64,000 bases of DNA, from contig NZ_JBHUPY010000007.1 in NCBI RefSeq assembly GCF_042688385.1, positions 66,110 to 130,109 on the forward strand. The letters are read 5' to 3'. A model generated the notes under the pieces. It saw only the letters and a list, made by a program, of their open reading frames with translations, was not told where the DNA came from and searched no databases. The number at the start of each line of letters is the position of its first letter. Positions within the stretch are counted from its first letter, which is position 1. Source of the DNA: Herpetosiphon sp. NSE202. Lineage in GTDB: Bacteria; Chloroflexota; Chloroflexia; Chloroflexales; Herpetosiphonaceae. A program made the position numbers and the translations under genes. Below, one piece after another: positions 55,413 to 64,000 of the stretch.

Positions 55413-56321
55413 ATGGCACAAACATCACTCGAACAAACCGACCTTTCGCCACGGCGCGAGGCCTTACAGCTGTGGATTCCCTTGGGAATTGTGCTGTTTT
55501 TGACAGTTGTCACCGCCTTTTTTCTAACTGGCCAATATCAAATTGCCGCTGGCAAGGGCATTGTGCAAGGCTTAGGCGAGCCATTGCCAATTTCCTCGTC
55601 GGCGCATTTAATTGTTGTGCCATGGTTTTTCGATTGGCATGATCCGTTTTTCCAAACTCAAACCTTCGACGTTGCGCTGCATATGGGCACATTAATTGCG
55701 CTCTTGCTGTTTTTTTGGCGCGATTGGTTGAATTTAGTTTTGCACATGCATCAACCACGCAGCCAACAAGGCCAAATGTTTTGGTTTATCGTCTTGGCCT
55801 CAATTCCAGCAGGGATTGTGGGCTTGCTGCTCGATAGCTTGGCCGAAGAATATTTCATTGATAAATATTTGGTGATTGCCGCCACGATGAGCATTATGGG
55901 CGTTGTGTTGTATATTGCTGATCGCTTTGCACCGCGCCGCTATGAGCTAAGCGACCTCACGTGGAAACATGCCTTGCTGGTTGGTTGCGCCCAAGCCTTG
56001 GCTTTGATTCCTGGGGTTTCGCGCTCTGGCAGCACCATGACGATGGGTCGGGCGTTGGGCTTTACCCGCGAAACCGCCGCTCGTTTCTCGTTTTTGATGG
56101 CGATTCCGATTACCTTTGGGGCGGGCGTGCTCAAACTACGCGATATTGATAGCTCGCAATTGACTGCACCCTTTTGGCTTGGGATTAGCGTCTCATTCGT
56201 GGTCGGTGCCTTGGCGGTTGGCTTCTTGCTGCGCTATGTTCGCACCAACTCGTTTTTGCCATTTATCATCTATCGGCTGATCTTAGCAGCGGTCATTGTG
56301 GCCGTCTATGTAGCTCGCTAA
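55413..56321 (+). CDS. uppP: Undecaprenyl-diphosphatase
   Basis: The BacA motif is GLGEPLPISSSAHLIV. A second motif is PGVSRSGSTMTMGRALG. It has 8 TM segments. Confidence 0.85.
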   Translation: MAQTSLEQTDLSPRREALQLWIPLGIVLFLTVVTAFFLTGQYQIAAGKGIVQGLGEPLPISSSAHLIVVPWFFDWHDPFFQTQTFDVALHMGTLIALLLFFWRDWLNLVLHMHQPRSQQGQMFWFIVLASIPAGIVGLLLDSLAEEYFIDKYLVIAATMSIMGVVLYIADRFAPRRYELSDLTWKHALLVGCAQALALIPGVSRSGSTMTMGRALGFTRETAARFSFLMAIPITFGAGVLKLRDIDSSQLTAPFWLGISVSFVVGALAVGFLLRYVRTNSFLPFIIYRLILAAVIVAVYVAR

Positions 56322-56340
56322 GCTGGTTGTTCTGGCCGAA

Positions 56341-57051
56341 TTGATTGCAGGAGCACACATGATTTGTAGCGCGTGCCAAGCCCAAGTTCGCGATGGCGCT
56401 GAGCATTGTCAGGCCTGTGGAGCGAAAATCGTTCAAGCAGCAGCAACGCCAGCCACTGGACCATTGCCCCAAACCAAAGCAAGCAAACCACGCCGGCGCT
56501 GGGTTAAATCGTGGTGGAGCTTTATTCTCGGTGTATTAAGCACAGGCGTGATCTTGCCACTGGTCGCAATTATTGGCTTGTGGATTTTTGGTGGCACGAA
56601 TCAAGCGCGCACGCCTTCAGCAGTACCTGATCAGCGCCCAGACATTAGCGTTGATGTTGATCATAGCTATATCGAACAGGCAATTGCCACCAACCCCGAT
56701 TTTCACAATCCGTTGGTGGTCTTGGGCAATCATCCACAAGGCGGCGTGGCCATGACCGTGACGCTTGGCTATGGTTTGCCCTTGGTTGGCGTGCAAACGA
56801 TTCAGGCTCGCACCCAAATTGCCGCAATTGATGGCAACCTCGTGGTCACAACCGAGAGCGTTGGCTTGGGCAAAAATGGCGGGCTTGGCATTCCTGGCTC
56901 GTTTATCGAAAATATGCTTAGCTCAACCCTTAACCAAGAGATTGACAAACGGCTGCGCTCAAATCCGCAACTAGAGATTGCAATTATCAACACCAGCGCC
57001 AGCAATCAAGTGTTGCGGGTTGCAGCAATTATCAATGCCAAGCCAAAGTAA
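56341..57051 (+). CDS. Hypothetical zinc-ribbon-anchored membrane protein
   Basis: The N-terminus is CSACQAQV...CQACGA, then a TM helix, then a roughly 160-aa extracytoplasmic domain. Confidence 0.45.
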   Translation: MIAGAHMICSACQAQVRDGAEHCQACGAKIVQAAATPATGPLPQTKASKPRRRWVKSWWSFILGVLSTGVILPLVAIIGLWIFGGTNQARTPSAVPDQRPDISVDVDHSYIEQAIATNPDFHNPLVVLGNHPQGGVAMTVTLGYGLPLVGVQTIQARTQIAAIDGNLVVTTESVGLGKNGGLGIPGSFIENMLSSTLNQEIDKRLRSNPQLEIAIINTSASNQVLRVAAIINAKPK

Positions 57052-57087
57052 AACCCTTGCTCAGCGTGGAGCCAAGGGTTGGGTTGC

Positions 57088-57687
57088 TTACTCGCTAATC
57101 TCAAGCTCAAGCACAAAGCGTTGATCTGGTTCGCCAGCTTCGAAGACACGTTGATAGACCAACTCAAAACGGCCTGAACCAACTTCGGCTGCTTGAAATG
57201 AGAAGGTTTCCGTGCCGCCAGAGCCTGGCTTTGGATTCGGATCGCTCGATTGATATTGCGCTTGGCCTTGTTGCTCCAACAGGTTGCCAGCATCAGGGCC
57301 AACGCTCCAACGATAGCCAGTGCTTGGGTTGCTAGCCAGCACAATTTGAATCCGATCGCCTTTTCTGAGCTTCAGCGTACGCTTGTTATCCTGCATCGTT
57401 AGTTCGTAAACGCGGATATTCGCTTGATTTTGGCTTGTTGGGGCACACTCGCCGCGCTGAAAAGCCCATTCTTCACATTCGCTACCATCAGGAAAGCCAC
57501 AAAAACCAGTTTGATTGCCAGCAGCATCTTGGCGAATCGTCAGCGTGCCACCGTTCTCAGTACAAAAGACTGAGGCTGGATTAGCCAGATCAAGCGCTGG
57601 CACTGGCGTTGCGCGATTTGCGCCACAAGCAATCAGTACACTCGCGATTAGGCCAACTCCCAAGCACATCATTGATTGACGAATCAT
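57088..57687 (-). CDS. Lipoprotein with a DUF333 domain and a chagasin-like (I42) peptidase-inhibitor domain
   Basis: The signal and lipobox are LIASVLIAC. The DUF333 region is NPASVFCTENGGTL...GFCGFPDGSECEEWAFQRGEC. The C-terminal region is NPSTGYRW...GTETFSFQA...FELVYQR, which is the chagasin NPTTGY motif. Confidence 0.55.
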   Translation of the reverse strand: MIRQSMMCLGVGLIASVLIACGANRATPVPALDLANPASVFCTENGGTLTIRQDAAGNQTGFCGFPDGSECEEWAFQRGECAPTSQNQANIRVYELTMQDNKRTLKLRKGDRIQIVLASNPSTGYRWSVGPDAGNLLEQQGQAQYQSSDPNPKPGSGGTETFSFQAAEVGSGRFELVYQRVFEAGEPDQRFVLELEISE

Positions 57688-57797
57688 CTCTATAGCTCCA
57701 TTGCGATTAATTTCAGCTAAGCCTTATAGTTTGCAATTGCACGCGATAAACACCGCTACCAGCGAGCTTGTTCCGCATTGGGCTAGCAAGCACAAGC

Positions 57798-58205
57798 TTA
57801 GCGCGCAGCTTGATCGATAATCCAAGCCCATTGTTCAGGGCTGCATGCCACCACCGAAAGCCGCGATTGGCGCACCAACATCCAATCGGCCAAGCTTGGC
57901 TCGGCTTTGATTTGGGCCAACGTAACTGCCTGTTTGAGCGCAACCACTGGCTCAATCTCGACCACCACATGCTTTGGGTTCTCGCTGGTTGGATCAGGGT
58001 AGGCGCTGCGACTCACTTGGGCAATCCCGACTGCGGCGCGCACATCGCCGCTATGATAGATCAAACACTGATCCTCAAGCTGCATTGCACGTAAATTGAT
58101 CAAGGCTTGGGCATTGGTCACACCATTCCAAACGGTAGAACCATCACGTACCAAATCATCCCAACTAAACTCGTTTGGCTCAGTTTTGAGCAACCAATAG
58201 GCCAT
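57798..58205 (-). CDS. EVE (PUA-like) domain protein
   Basis: MAYWLLKTEPNEFSWDDL...GVTNAQALINLRAMQLEDQCLIYHS is the EVE signature. Confidence 0.7.
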   Translation of the reverse strand: MAYWLLKTEPNEFSWDDLVRDGSTVWNGVTNAQALINLRAMQLEDQCLIYHSGDVRAAVGIAQVSRSAYPDPTSENPKHVVVEIEPVVALKQAVTLAQIKAEPSLADWMLVRQSRLSVVACSPEQWAWIIDQAAR

Positions 58206-58221
58206 GGCAGCGGCTCCTTAA

Positions 58222-58256
58222 CTCAAAAGCACGGATGGTTTGAGCCATCCGTGCTA
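58222..58256 (-). terminator. Strong intrinsic terminator after sod
   Basis: On the minus strand, AGCACGGATGG-ctcaaa-CCATCCGTGCT is a perfect 11-bp stem followed by TTTGAGTT. Confidence 0.65.
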
Positions 58257-58276
58257 AAACATGCGCTTAATCAAGC

Positions 58277-58879
58277 TTACTTATCGTTTTCAGCGACCTT
58301 GTTCCAATCCAGCACTTCCCACCATGTTTTGATGTAATCTGGGCGACGGTTTTGGTAGCGCAAGTAGTATGCGTGTTCCCAAACATCCAAGCCCAACAAT
58401 GGAGTTTGGCCTTCCATGACTGGTGAGTCTTGGTTGGCGGTGCTGGTTACGGCCAATGTACCATCGGCATTGCGCACCAACCAAGCCCAGCCTGAGCCGA
58501 AGCGGGTGGTTGCAGCCTTAGCAAATTGTTCTTTAAAGGCATCCAACGAGCCAAACGTGGCGGTGATTTCTTCGCCAAGTTTGCCAGCTGGTTCGCCGCC
58601 ACCGTTGGGGCTGAGGATATTCCAGAACAAGCTGTGGTTGGCGTGTCCGCCACCATTGTTGCGCACAGCGGTACGAATATCTTCTGGCAAGCTGTTCAAA
58701 TCGCTGATCAATTCGTGCAATGATTTGCTTTGCAATTCGGGATACTTTTCCAAGGCAGCGTTGAGGTTATTCACATAGGCAGCATGGTGCTTGCCATGGT
58801 GAATTTCCATGGTTTGCGCATCGATTGCTTTTTCTAAGGCATCGGTTGCATACGGCAACGCTGGCAGTTCAAAAGCCAT
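58277..58879 (-). CDS. sod: Fe/Mn superoxide dismutase
   Basis: [16 protein letters not shown]...[14 protein letters not shown] ... DVWEHAYYL gives the metal ligands H, H, D, H. The start at 58879 is preferred. Confidence 0.9.
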   Translation of the reverse strand: MAFELPALPYATDALEKAIDAQTMEIHHGKHHAAYVNNLNAALEKYPELQSKSLHELISDLNSLPEDIRTAVRNNGGGHANHSLFWNILSPNGGGEPAGKLGEEITATFGSLDAFKEQFAKAATTRFGSGWAWLVRNADGTLAVTSTANQDSPVMEGQTPLLGLDVWEHAYYLRYQNRRPDYIKTWWEVLDWNKVAENDK

Positions 58880-58959
58880 TGTATGGACTCCTTTTGAGCT
58901 CAATGATGCGTCTGTTGGCGCATCAACACACGGTTCCCACATCTATTGTAGCAGAAGTT

Positions 58960-59740
58960 GGGCCACGCTTGATGCCAATCTTGCGCACATTTGCGATTGG
59001 GGATCGGTTGTTGGGGATCGGGGATCGGGAACGGCGAAGAGCGCGAAGGGATGAGGGATCAGGGGTCAGCGAAACGGAACCACGAAGAGCGCGAAGAACA
59101 CGAAGGGAAGTTTTAACGCAGCGGCACAGAGGAAATGAGGGTATTGGCTATTTGTACTGGTTCATGAGGTTAACCGCGGCTTGATCCCCTCACCCCAACC
59201 CCTCTCCCACTGAACGCGGGCGAGGGGCTTTCATCCTGTGGTTCTGCCGCACGGCGGGGTGAAAATGGGTGCTCCCCCTCGCCCGCCACGTGGGAGAGGG
59301 GGCTGGGGGGTGAGGGGACACGGTTGCCAATCCAATGAACCAGTATAGCTATTGGCTAGCGGAAAATGAGTAAATTTGGCAAAGACGCTGGGCATTGAAG
59401 ATGTACCCGATCCCCAGCCCCTGGCCCCCGATCCCCACTTCTACCGCGAAGAGCGCAAAGGGCACGAAGGTGAGGGAGTAGGTGTAATGATTTATTTGGA
59501 TAGAAACCATTGACGTTCCCTCACCCCCAGCCCCTCTCCCACTGCACGCGGGCGAGGGGAGCCGACCATTGTTCGCCAAGGAATTGCGGGCGAACCAGAG
59601 CGTTAAGGCCCCTCGCCCGCGCCACGGGAGAGGGGTTGGGGTGAGGGAATCATATCCGCAAGCATCAATATCTCATTGAACCCAACGCTCTACATTCAAT
59701 CCAAGCACCCAATTGGCTAAAATGTGTTAAGCTTAATCCT
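58960..59740. repeat. Roughly 800-bp divergent-promoter spacer occupied by motif arrays and two MITE-like elements
   Basis: GGGGATCGGTTGTTGGGGATCGGGGATCGGG, CGAAGAGCGCGAAGG twice and TTTTAACGCAGCGGCACAGAGG are present. Element 1 spans about 59145-59352. Its 20-bp TIRs are CCAATAGCTAT(TTG)TACTGGTTCAT. Its arms lie at 59185-59225 and 59276-59318. Element 2 has arms only, at about 59518-59647. Confidence 0.8.
59145..59352. mobile_element. Best-preserved copy of the MITE-like composite palindromic element
   Basis: The left end is GGCTATTTGTACTGGTTCATGAGGTTAACC and the right end is AATGAACCAGTATAGCTATTGGCTAGCGG. They are inverted relative to each other. They enclose two inverted roughly 42-bp arms, each a hairpin, separated by a roughly 50-bp spacer. 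There is no coding capacity. Confidence 0.6.
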
Positions 59741-59796
59741 AACGATGATTAATCACGGGCAATCACGATTGCCACCACCATAGATTTAGGAATCTC

Positions 59797-62322
59797 ATGA
59801 GCGAACAACGCCGTTTTCCCAAGCCCGAAGTGATGAGTCCAGCGGGCTATTGGCCGCAGTTGCACGCCGCAATCGAAGCAGGCGCAGATGCGGTTTATTT
59901 TGGCTTGAAACATTTTACTGCTCGCGCCAAGGTTGGGTTCACCCTTGGTGAATTGCCCGACGTGATGCGCACCTTGCATCAACGTGGCGTGCGAGGCTTT
60001 GTAACCTTCAATACCTTGGTGTTTGAGCACGAATTGCGCGAAGCCACCCGCTCGTTGGCCGCCATTGCCGAAGCCGGAGCCGATGCGGTGATTGTGCAAG
60101 ATATTGGCATCGCCCAACTTGCCCGCCAAATCGCCCCTGAAATGGAAGTGCATGGCAGCACTCAAATGAGCATCACCAGCGCCGAGGGCGTTGAGTTGGC
60201 CCGTAAATTCGGAGCCAATCGGGTTGTGCTGGCGCGCGAATTATCGCTCGATGAGATTGCCGCAATTCGCCAAGCAACCGATTGCGAGCTTGAAATGTTC
60301 GTCCATGGCGCGCTGTGCGTCTCATATTCTGGCCAATGTTTCTCCTCGGAAGCGTGGGGCGGGCGTAGCGCCAATCGTGGCCAGTGCGCCCAAGCCTGCC
60401 GTTTGCCCTATCAAATGTTGGTTGATGGTAAGCACAAACCCTTAGCTGATGCGCGCTATTTGCTATCGCCAGGCGATTTATACGCAGTGCCCTTGATGCA
60501 CGACATTATCAAATTGGGCATTTCGTCGCTGAAAATCGAAGGCCGCTACAAAGATGCAGATTATGTGGCCTTGACCACCAGCGCCTATCGCAAAGCTGTT
60601 GATGAAGCATGGGCTGGCTTGCCCTTGAGCATCACGCCCGCCGAAGAATTACAATTAGAGCAAGTCTATTCGCGTGGCTTAGGCACGTTTTTCATCGGCG
60701 GAACCAATCATCAAACCGTGGTTAATGGCCGTGCACCGCGCCATCGCGGCGTATTGATGGGCTATGTCAGCGATATTTATGGCGAACGGATTGTGCTCAA
60801 GCCACATGAAAATCATACAATCGCGCCGCTCAAAGCTGGCGATGGCGTGGTATTCGATGCAGCCAATTGGCGCAGCCCCGAAGAACGCGAAGAAGGCGGG
60901 CGAATTTATGGCATCGAAGCGTTGCCAACTGGCGAAATTGAGTTGCGCTTTGGCCCGCAAGCAATCAGAGCCAATCGGATTCGGGTTGGCGATTTGATTT
61001 GGCGCAGCCACGACCCTGAGCTTGATCGCGCTGCCAAGCCATTTTTAGAGGCCGCCGCGCCAGTTGCCAAACAACCGTTACACTTGCATGTGGTTGCTCA
61101 CGAAGGCCAGCCTTTGCAATTAACCTGGACGCTTAGTAACCAGCCTGAATTGAGCGTAACAGTCCAATCACCAGAGCCATTGCCACGTTCGCAAAACCGG
61201 GCTTTAACCAACGAATTTTTGTACGATCAGGCCAGCCGTTTGGGCAACACCGCCTATAATTTGGCCGAAATGCAGGTTGATAGCAGTGGCCAGCCATTTG
61301 TGCCAAGCTCATTGCTGAATAATTTGCGCCGCCAAGCAATCGAACAACTCAGTGCCTTGCAAGCAGCCGCGCCAATGCGCCAAATTCAAGCACCGCTCGA
61401 TGTGTTGGCTCAAGCCCAGCAAAACTTGCAGCCAGCAGTTAGCCCAACCAGCACGCCGCAATTGCATATTTTGGTGCGCACGCCTGAGCAATTGCAAGCA
61501 GCCTTGGCTGCAAAGCCAGCCAGCATCACGCTCGATTATTTGGAACTCTATGGGTTGAAGCCAGCAGTTGAATTGGTGCAATCGCATGGCATCAAAGCGC
61601 GTGTGGCCAGCCCACGGGTGCTTAAGCCCAGCGAACAGCGCATCATTCACTTTTTGCTCAAACTTGGTTGCGAAATTGTGGTGCGCTCGACGGGCTTGCT
61701 CGAAGCCTTGCGCCACGAGCAACACCCAGCATTAATTGGCGATTTCAGCCTGAATGCAGCCAATAGTGTGACCGCCAATACGTTGCTTGAATTAGGTTTG
61801 GAGCGCATCACGCCAACCCACGATTTGAACGCGGCGCAGGTGACGGCTTTGGCACAACAATTGGGCAGTGCCGCAATCGAAGTCATTGCCTATCAACATT
61901 TGCCCGTGTTCCACACCGAGCACTGCGTATTTTGCCGCTTCCTCTCAAATGGCACGAGCTTCAAAGATTGCGGCCATCCTTGCGAGAAACATCGGGTCGA
62001 ATTACGCGATCTGAATGGTCGCGCCCATCCAGTCATGGCCGATGTTGGCTGCCGCAATACGGTGTTTGGCGCAGAGGCCCAAACCGCGGTCGAGCATCTT
62101 GAGGAATGGCAGGCCGCCGGAATTGTGCATTATCGCTTGGAGTTTGTGCACGAAACCGCCGAACAAGTTGCAAGCGTGATCGCCGCCTTCGATCGCACGC
62201 TGCAAGGCCAGCAATCTAGCGCCGCCTTGGCCGAGCAATTGCGCAAGGCAGCGCCGCAAGGCATTACCCAAGGCAGCTTGTTTATTCCCAACGATTACCT
62301 GCGCGTGCCGTTGATGCAGTAG
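59797..62322 (+). CDS. Large peptidase-U32-family protein (collagenase-like / RlhA-TrhP superfamily) with a C-terminal extension
   Basis: The N-terminal U32 TIM-barrel region is GADAVYFGL ... GVRGFVTFNTL ... GADAVIVQD ... HGSTQMSIT ... ELEMFVHGALCVSYSGQCFSS. It is 841 aa. Confidence 0.7.
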   Translation: MSEQRRFPKPEVMSPAGYWPQLHAAIEAGADAVYFGLKHFTARAKVGFTLGELPDVMRTLHQRGVRGFVTFNTLVFEHELREATRSLAAIAEAGADAVIVQDIGIAQLARQIAPEMEVHGSTQMSITSAEGVELARKFGANRVVLARELSLDEIAAIRQATDCELEMFVHGALCVSYSGQCFSSEAWGGRSANRGQCAQACRLPYQMLVDGKHKPLADARYLLSPGDLYAVPLMHDIIKLGISSLKIEGRYKDADYVALTTSAYRKAVDEAWAGLPLSITPAEELQLEQVYSRGLGTFFIGGTNHQTVVNGRAPRHRGVLMGYVSDIYGERIVLKPHENHTIAPLKAGDGVVFDAANWRSPEEREEGGRIYGIEALPTGEIELRFGPQAIRANRIRVGDLIWRSHDPELDRAAKPFLEAAAPVAKQPLHLHVVAHEGQPLQLTWTLSNQPELSVTVQSPEPLPRSQNRALTNEFLYDQASRLGNTAYNLAEMQVDSSGQPFVPSSLLNNLRRQAIEQLSALQAAAPMRQIQAPLDVLAQAQQNLQPAVSPTSTPQLHILVRTPEQLQAALAAKPASITLDYLELYGLKPAVELVQSHGIKARVASPRVLKPSEQRIIHFLLKLGCEIVVRSTGLLEALRHEQHPALIGDFSLNAANSVTANTLLELGLERITPTHDLNAAQVTALAQQLGSAAIEVIAYQHLPVFHTEHCVFCRFLSNGTSFKDCGHPCEKHRVELRDLNGRAHPVMADVGCRNTVFGAEAQTAVEHLEEWQAAGIVHYRLEFVHETAEQVASVIAAFDRTLQGQQSSAALAEQLRKAAPQGITQGSLFIPNDYLRVPLMQ

Positions 62323-62324
62323 CA

Positions 62325-62430
62325 TTTGGGGATTGGTTGTTGGGGATCGGGGATCAGGGGCTGGGGATCGGGAATGTGGGACTAGCATAGGCTGCATTTG
62401 ATGGAGCTTGCGCTAGTCCCTCTTACTTTT
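62325..62430. repeat. Spacer with a GGGGATCGGGG motif array
   Basis: GGGGATTGGTTGTTGGGGATCGGGGATCAGGGGCTGGGGATCGGGAATGTGGG. Confidence 0.7.
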
Positions 62431-62436
62431 CAGTAG

Positions 62437-63222
62437 TTAAATTTCAATCTTGCCTTCAAGATAGAAGACACACGAGCCAGCCAATTCAACACGGTCGCCA
62501 ACCAGCCGACAATTAATTTCGCCGCCCCGCTGCGAGGCTTGATAGGCGCAGAAACTGGTTTTAGCCAAGCGCTCGGCCCAATAGGGGATTAATGCACAGT
62601 GGGCAGCACCAGTCACCGGATCTTCAGGGATGCCCTTGGCGGGCGCAAAATAGCGGCTGACAAAATCATAGCCCTGATCGCCAGGCGCAGTTACTACCAC
62701 GCCACTGCGATCAAGTTGGGCGATTACCGCTAGATTTGGTTTTAGCTCACGCACAAGCTGGGCATGCTCAAGCAGCGCCGTATAATTCACTGCATCACTC
62801 AGCACTTCAACTGGCATCACCCCCAAGGCTTCGGCCAAACCCATTGGCAATGCAACCCGCTGCCATGGCCGAATTGGAAAATTCAGCACATAACCATCGT
62901 CATTTTTGCTGACCATCAATGGCCCACTTTTAGAGGAAAAGGTGACTTGGCTACGAGTTGGCTCTAAACGCTCGATCACCACCGCTGCACTTGCCAAGGT
63001 CGCATGGCCACACAGCGCCACCTCAGTGACTGGCGTAAACCAGCGAATTGCATATTGCTCGCCAGTCGGCACGATGAATGCCGTTTCGGCCAAATTATTT
63101 TCGCTGGCAATCGCGTGTAACACCGCATCAGCAGGAAATTCATCAAACAGCACAACCGCCGCTGGGTTGCCTGAAAAGCGCCGCGTCGTAAACGCATCAA
63201 CTTGAAAGATCGGCACCTGCAT
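62437..63222 (-). CDS. PhzF-family isomerase-like protein
   Basis: MQVPIFQVDAFTTRRFSGNPAAVVL ... C residue in the ALCGHATLA context is the PhzF/DapF-fold signature. Confidence 0.75.
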   Translation of the reverse strand: MQVPIFQVDAFTTRRFSGNPAAVVLFDEFPADAVLHAIASENNLAETAFIVPTGEQYAIRWFTPVTEVALCGHATLASAAVVIERLEPTRSQVTFSSKSGPLMVSKNDDGYVLNFPIRPWQRVALPMGLAEALGVMPVEVLSDAVNYTALLEHAQLVRELKPNLAVIAQLDRSGVVVTAPGDQGYDFVSRYFAPAKGIPEDPVTGAAHCALIPYWAERLAKTSFCAYQASQRGGEINCRLVGDRVELAGSCVFYLEGKIEI

Positions 63223-63299
63223 TATGAAATCCTCTGCACACCATGATAGAAAAATTTAGGGATCAGGGACTAGTTGCCAGGGTTCAGAAAAGTGCTCGT

Positions 63300-63540
63300 T
63301 GAAAAGGAGTATTAATTGATCTTCTGGCCCCTAGCTGTACTGATACATCAAGTTAACCACTGCCTGATCCCCTCACCTCAACCCCTCTCCCATCCGCTGG
63401 GCGAGGGGCTTTAAACGCGTGGTTCTCCGCAATTGCTTGGCGAAAAATAGTCGGCTCCCCCTCGCCCGCGTTCAGTGGGAGAGGGGGTTGGGGGGTGAGG
63501 GGGCATGGTTGCCAACCGAATGAACCAGTACACCTAGCCT
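63300..63540. mobile_element. MITE-like composite palindromic element copy
   Basis: The left end is CTAGCTGTACTGATACATCAAGTTAACC. The arms lie at 63369-63410 and 63457-63501. The right tail is GGTTGCCAACCGAATGAACCAGTACACCTAGCC. Confidence 0.6.
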
Positions 63541-63559
63541 CTGAACCCTAGCCCCTAAC

Positions 63560-64000
63560 TTACAAATAACGCTCGAAAAACTCGGCCACTCGTTTAACAT
63601 AGGCTGGCCGATCGGCGAAATACGCGCCACAATGCGGCATATCTTCGACAATCCAAAGTTCTTTGGGGCCTTGGGCGGCAGCATGCAAATCGTAGGCATC
63701 AATCACCGGAATCACGGTATCGCCAGTGCAATGAATAACCAGCAAAGGCCGTTGCCCATAGCGAATCAAGGCCTCGATTGGCCGCACTGATTCAAAGCGA
63801 TAGCCATAGCGACGGGCCGTAATCTGGTCGGCCAACGCCCGCAACGGACGCTGCGGCAAACGCCGATTAGCAAAGGCAAAATCAACTAAGTTGGCCATTT
63901 CGGCAAAGCTGCTATCAGCAACGACTGCCTTGACTGCTGGTTGGTCGGCGCTGCCTAACAGACTCACCGCCGCGCCCATCGAATAGCCAAGCACCCCAAT
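63560..64000 (-). CDS. Alpha/beta-hydrolase, C-terminal part. The gene continues past the window end.
   Basis: The nucleophile elbow is MLGYSMGAAVS, a GxSxG motif. The ORF is open to base 64000. Confidence 0.55.
   Translation of the reverse strand: MGVLGYSMGAAVSLLGSADQPAVKAVVADSSFAEMANLVDFAFANRRLPQRPLRALADQITARRYGYRFESVRPIEALIRYGQRPLLVIHCTGDTVIPVIDAYDLHAAAQGPKELWIVEDMPHCGAYFADRPAYVKRVAEFFERYL

Noticed and set aside
59349-59579. Small ORFs inside repeat elements: 59349-59579, 24796-25008, 17328-17531 and 63472-63702
   Set aside because: The reading frames are generated by the G/C-rich palindromic arms themselves, giving Gly/Pro/Arg-rich output. They are not conserved between element copies in frame.
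1-64000. tRNA, rRNA or tmRNA genes, and transposase or integrase genes
   Set aside because: By eye I found no cloverleaf-compatible GTTC(G/A)AATC-type T-arm motifs with matching acceptor stems in any intergenic region. No ORF has DDE, tyrosine-recombinase or serine-recombinase motifs. A tRNAscan or Infernal run would be needed to be certain.

Overview
This 64-kb window is chromosomal DNA of roughly 55% GC and is densely coding on both strands. I infer the source is a filamentous Chloroflexi-type bacterium. The grounds are a lipoprotein with two tandem auracyanin-like blue-copper domains, a Ser/Thr kinase fused to tandem FGE-sulfatase domains, and many G/C-rich palindromic intergenic repeats. 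This taxonomic guess is low confidence and cannot be verified without a database.

Housekeeping content:
- rpmH-rnpA-yidD-yidC-jag
- HMG-CoA lyase, a GT2 glycosyltransferase and a flippase-like membrane protein
- gltX and tatA/B-tatC
- acpP-nusB-asp23-accC
- a fatty-acid block: fabG plus two further tandem SDR paralogs, fabD, fabH, rpmF, yceD, coaD, rsmD
- sod, uppP, a DegT-type aminotransferase, a U32 peptidase, PhzF and an ABC-F ATPase

Systems-level content:
1. A roughly 15-kb minus-strand chemosensory array with two cheW, an MCP, cheA-REC, cheY, cheB and a TPR-cheR. It runs directly into a partner-switching module: a PP2C phosphatase, a TPR protein, an RsbW-like anti-sigma kinase and a STAS antagonist. 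Upstream lie three further receiver proteins, one of them a REC-GAF-HisKA-HATPase hybrid.
2. A NarL-type two-component pair.
3. A PadR-DUF1700-acyl-ACP desaturase unit.
4. An AT-rich islet at 2450-3400. It covers the N-terminal membrane module of a PP2C phosphatase and an adjacent well-expressed 72-aa Nif11-like peptide gene, with an intergenic hairpin between them. This is my best candidate for an undescribed signalling module.

Intergenic spacers are invaded by a MITE-like composite palindromic element family. They also carry a mosaic of short iterated motifs: GGGGATCGGGG, GAACATAGAACATAG, GGATGAGGGATGAAGG, CGAAGAGCGCGAAGG and TTAACGCAGAGGCGCAGAG.

I found no rRNA, tRNA, CRISPR array, transposase or integrase by eye.
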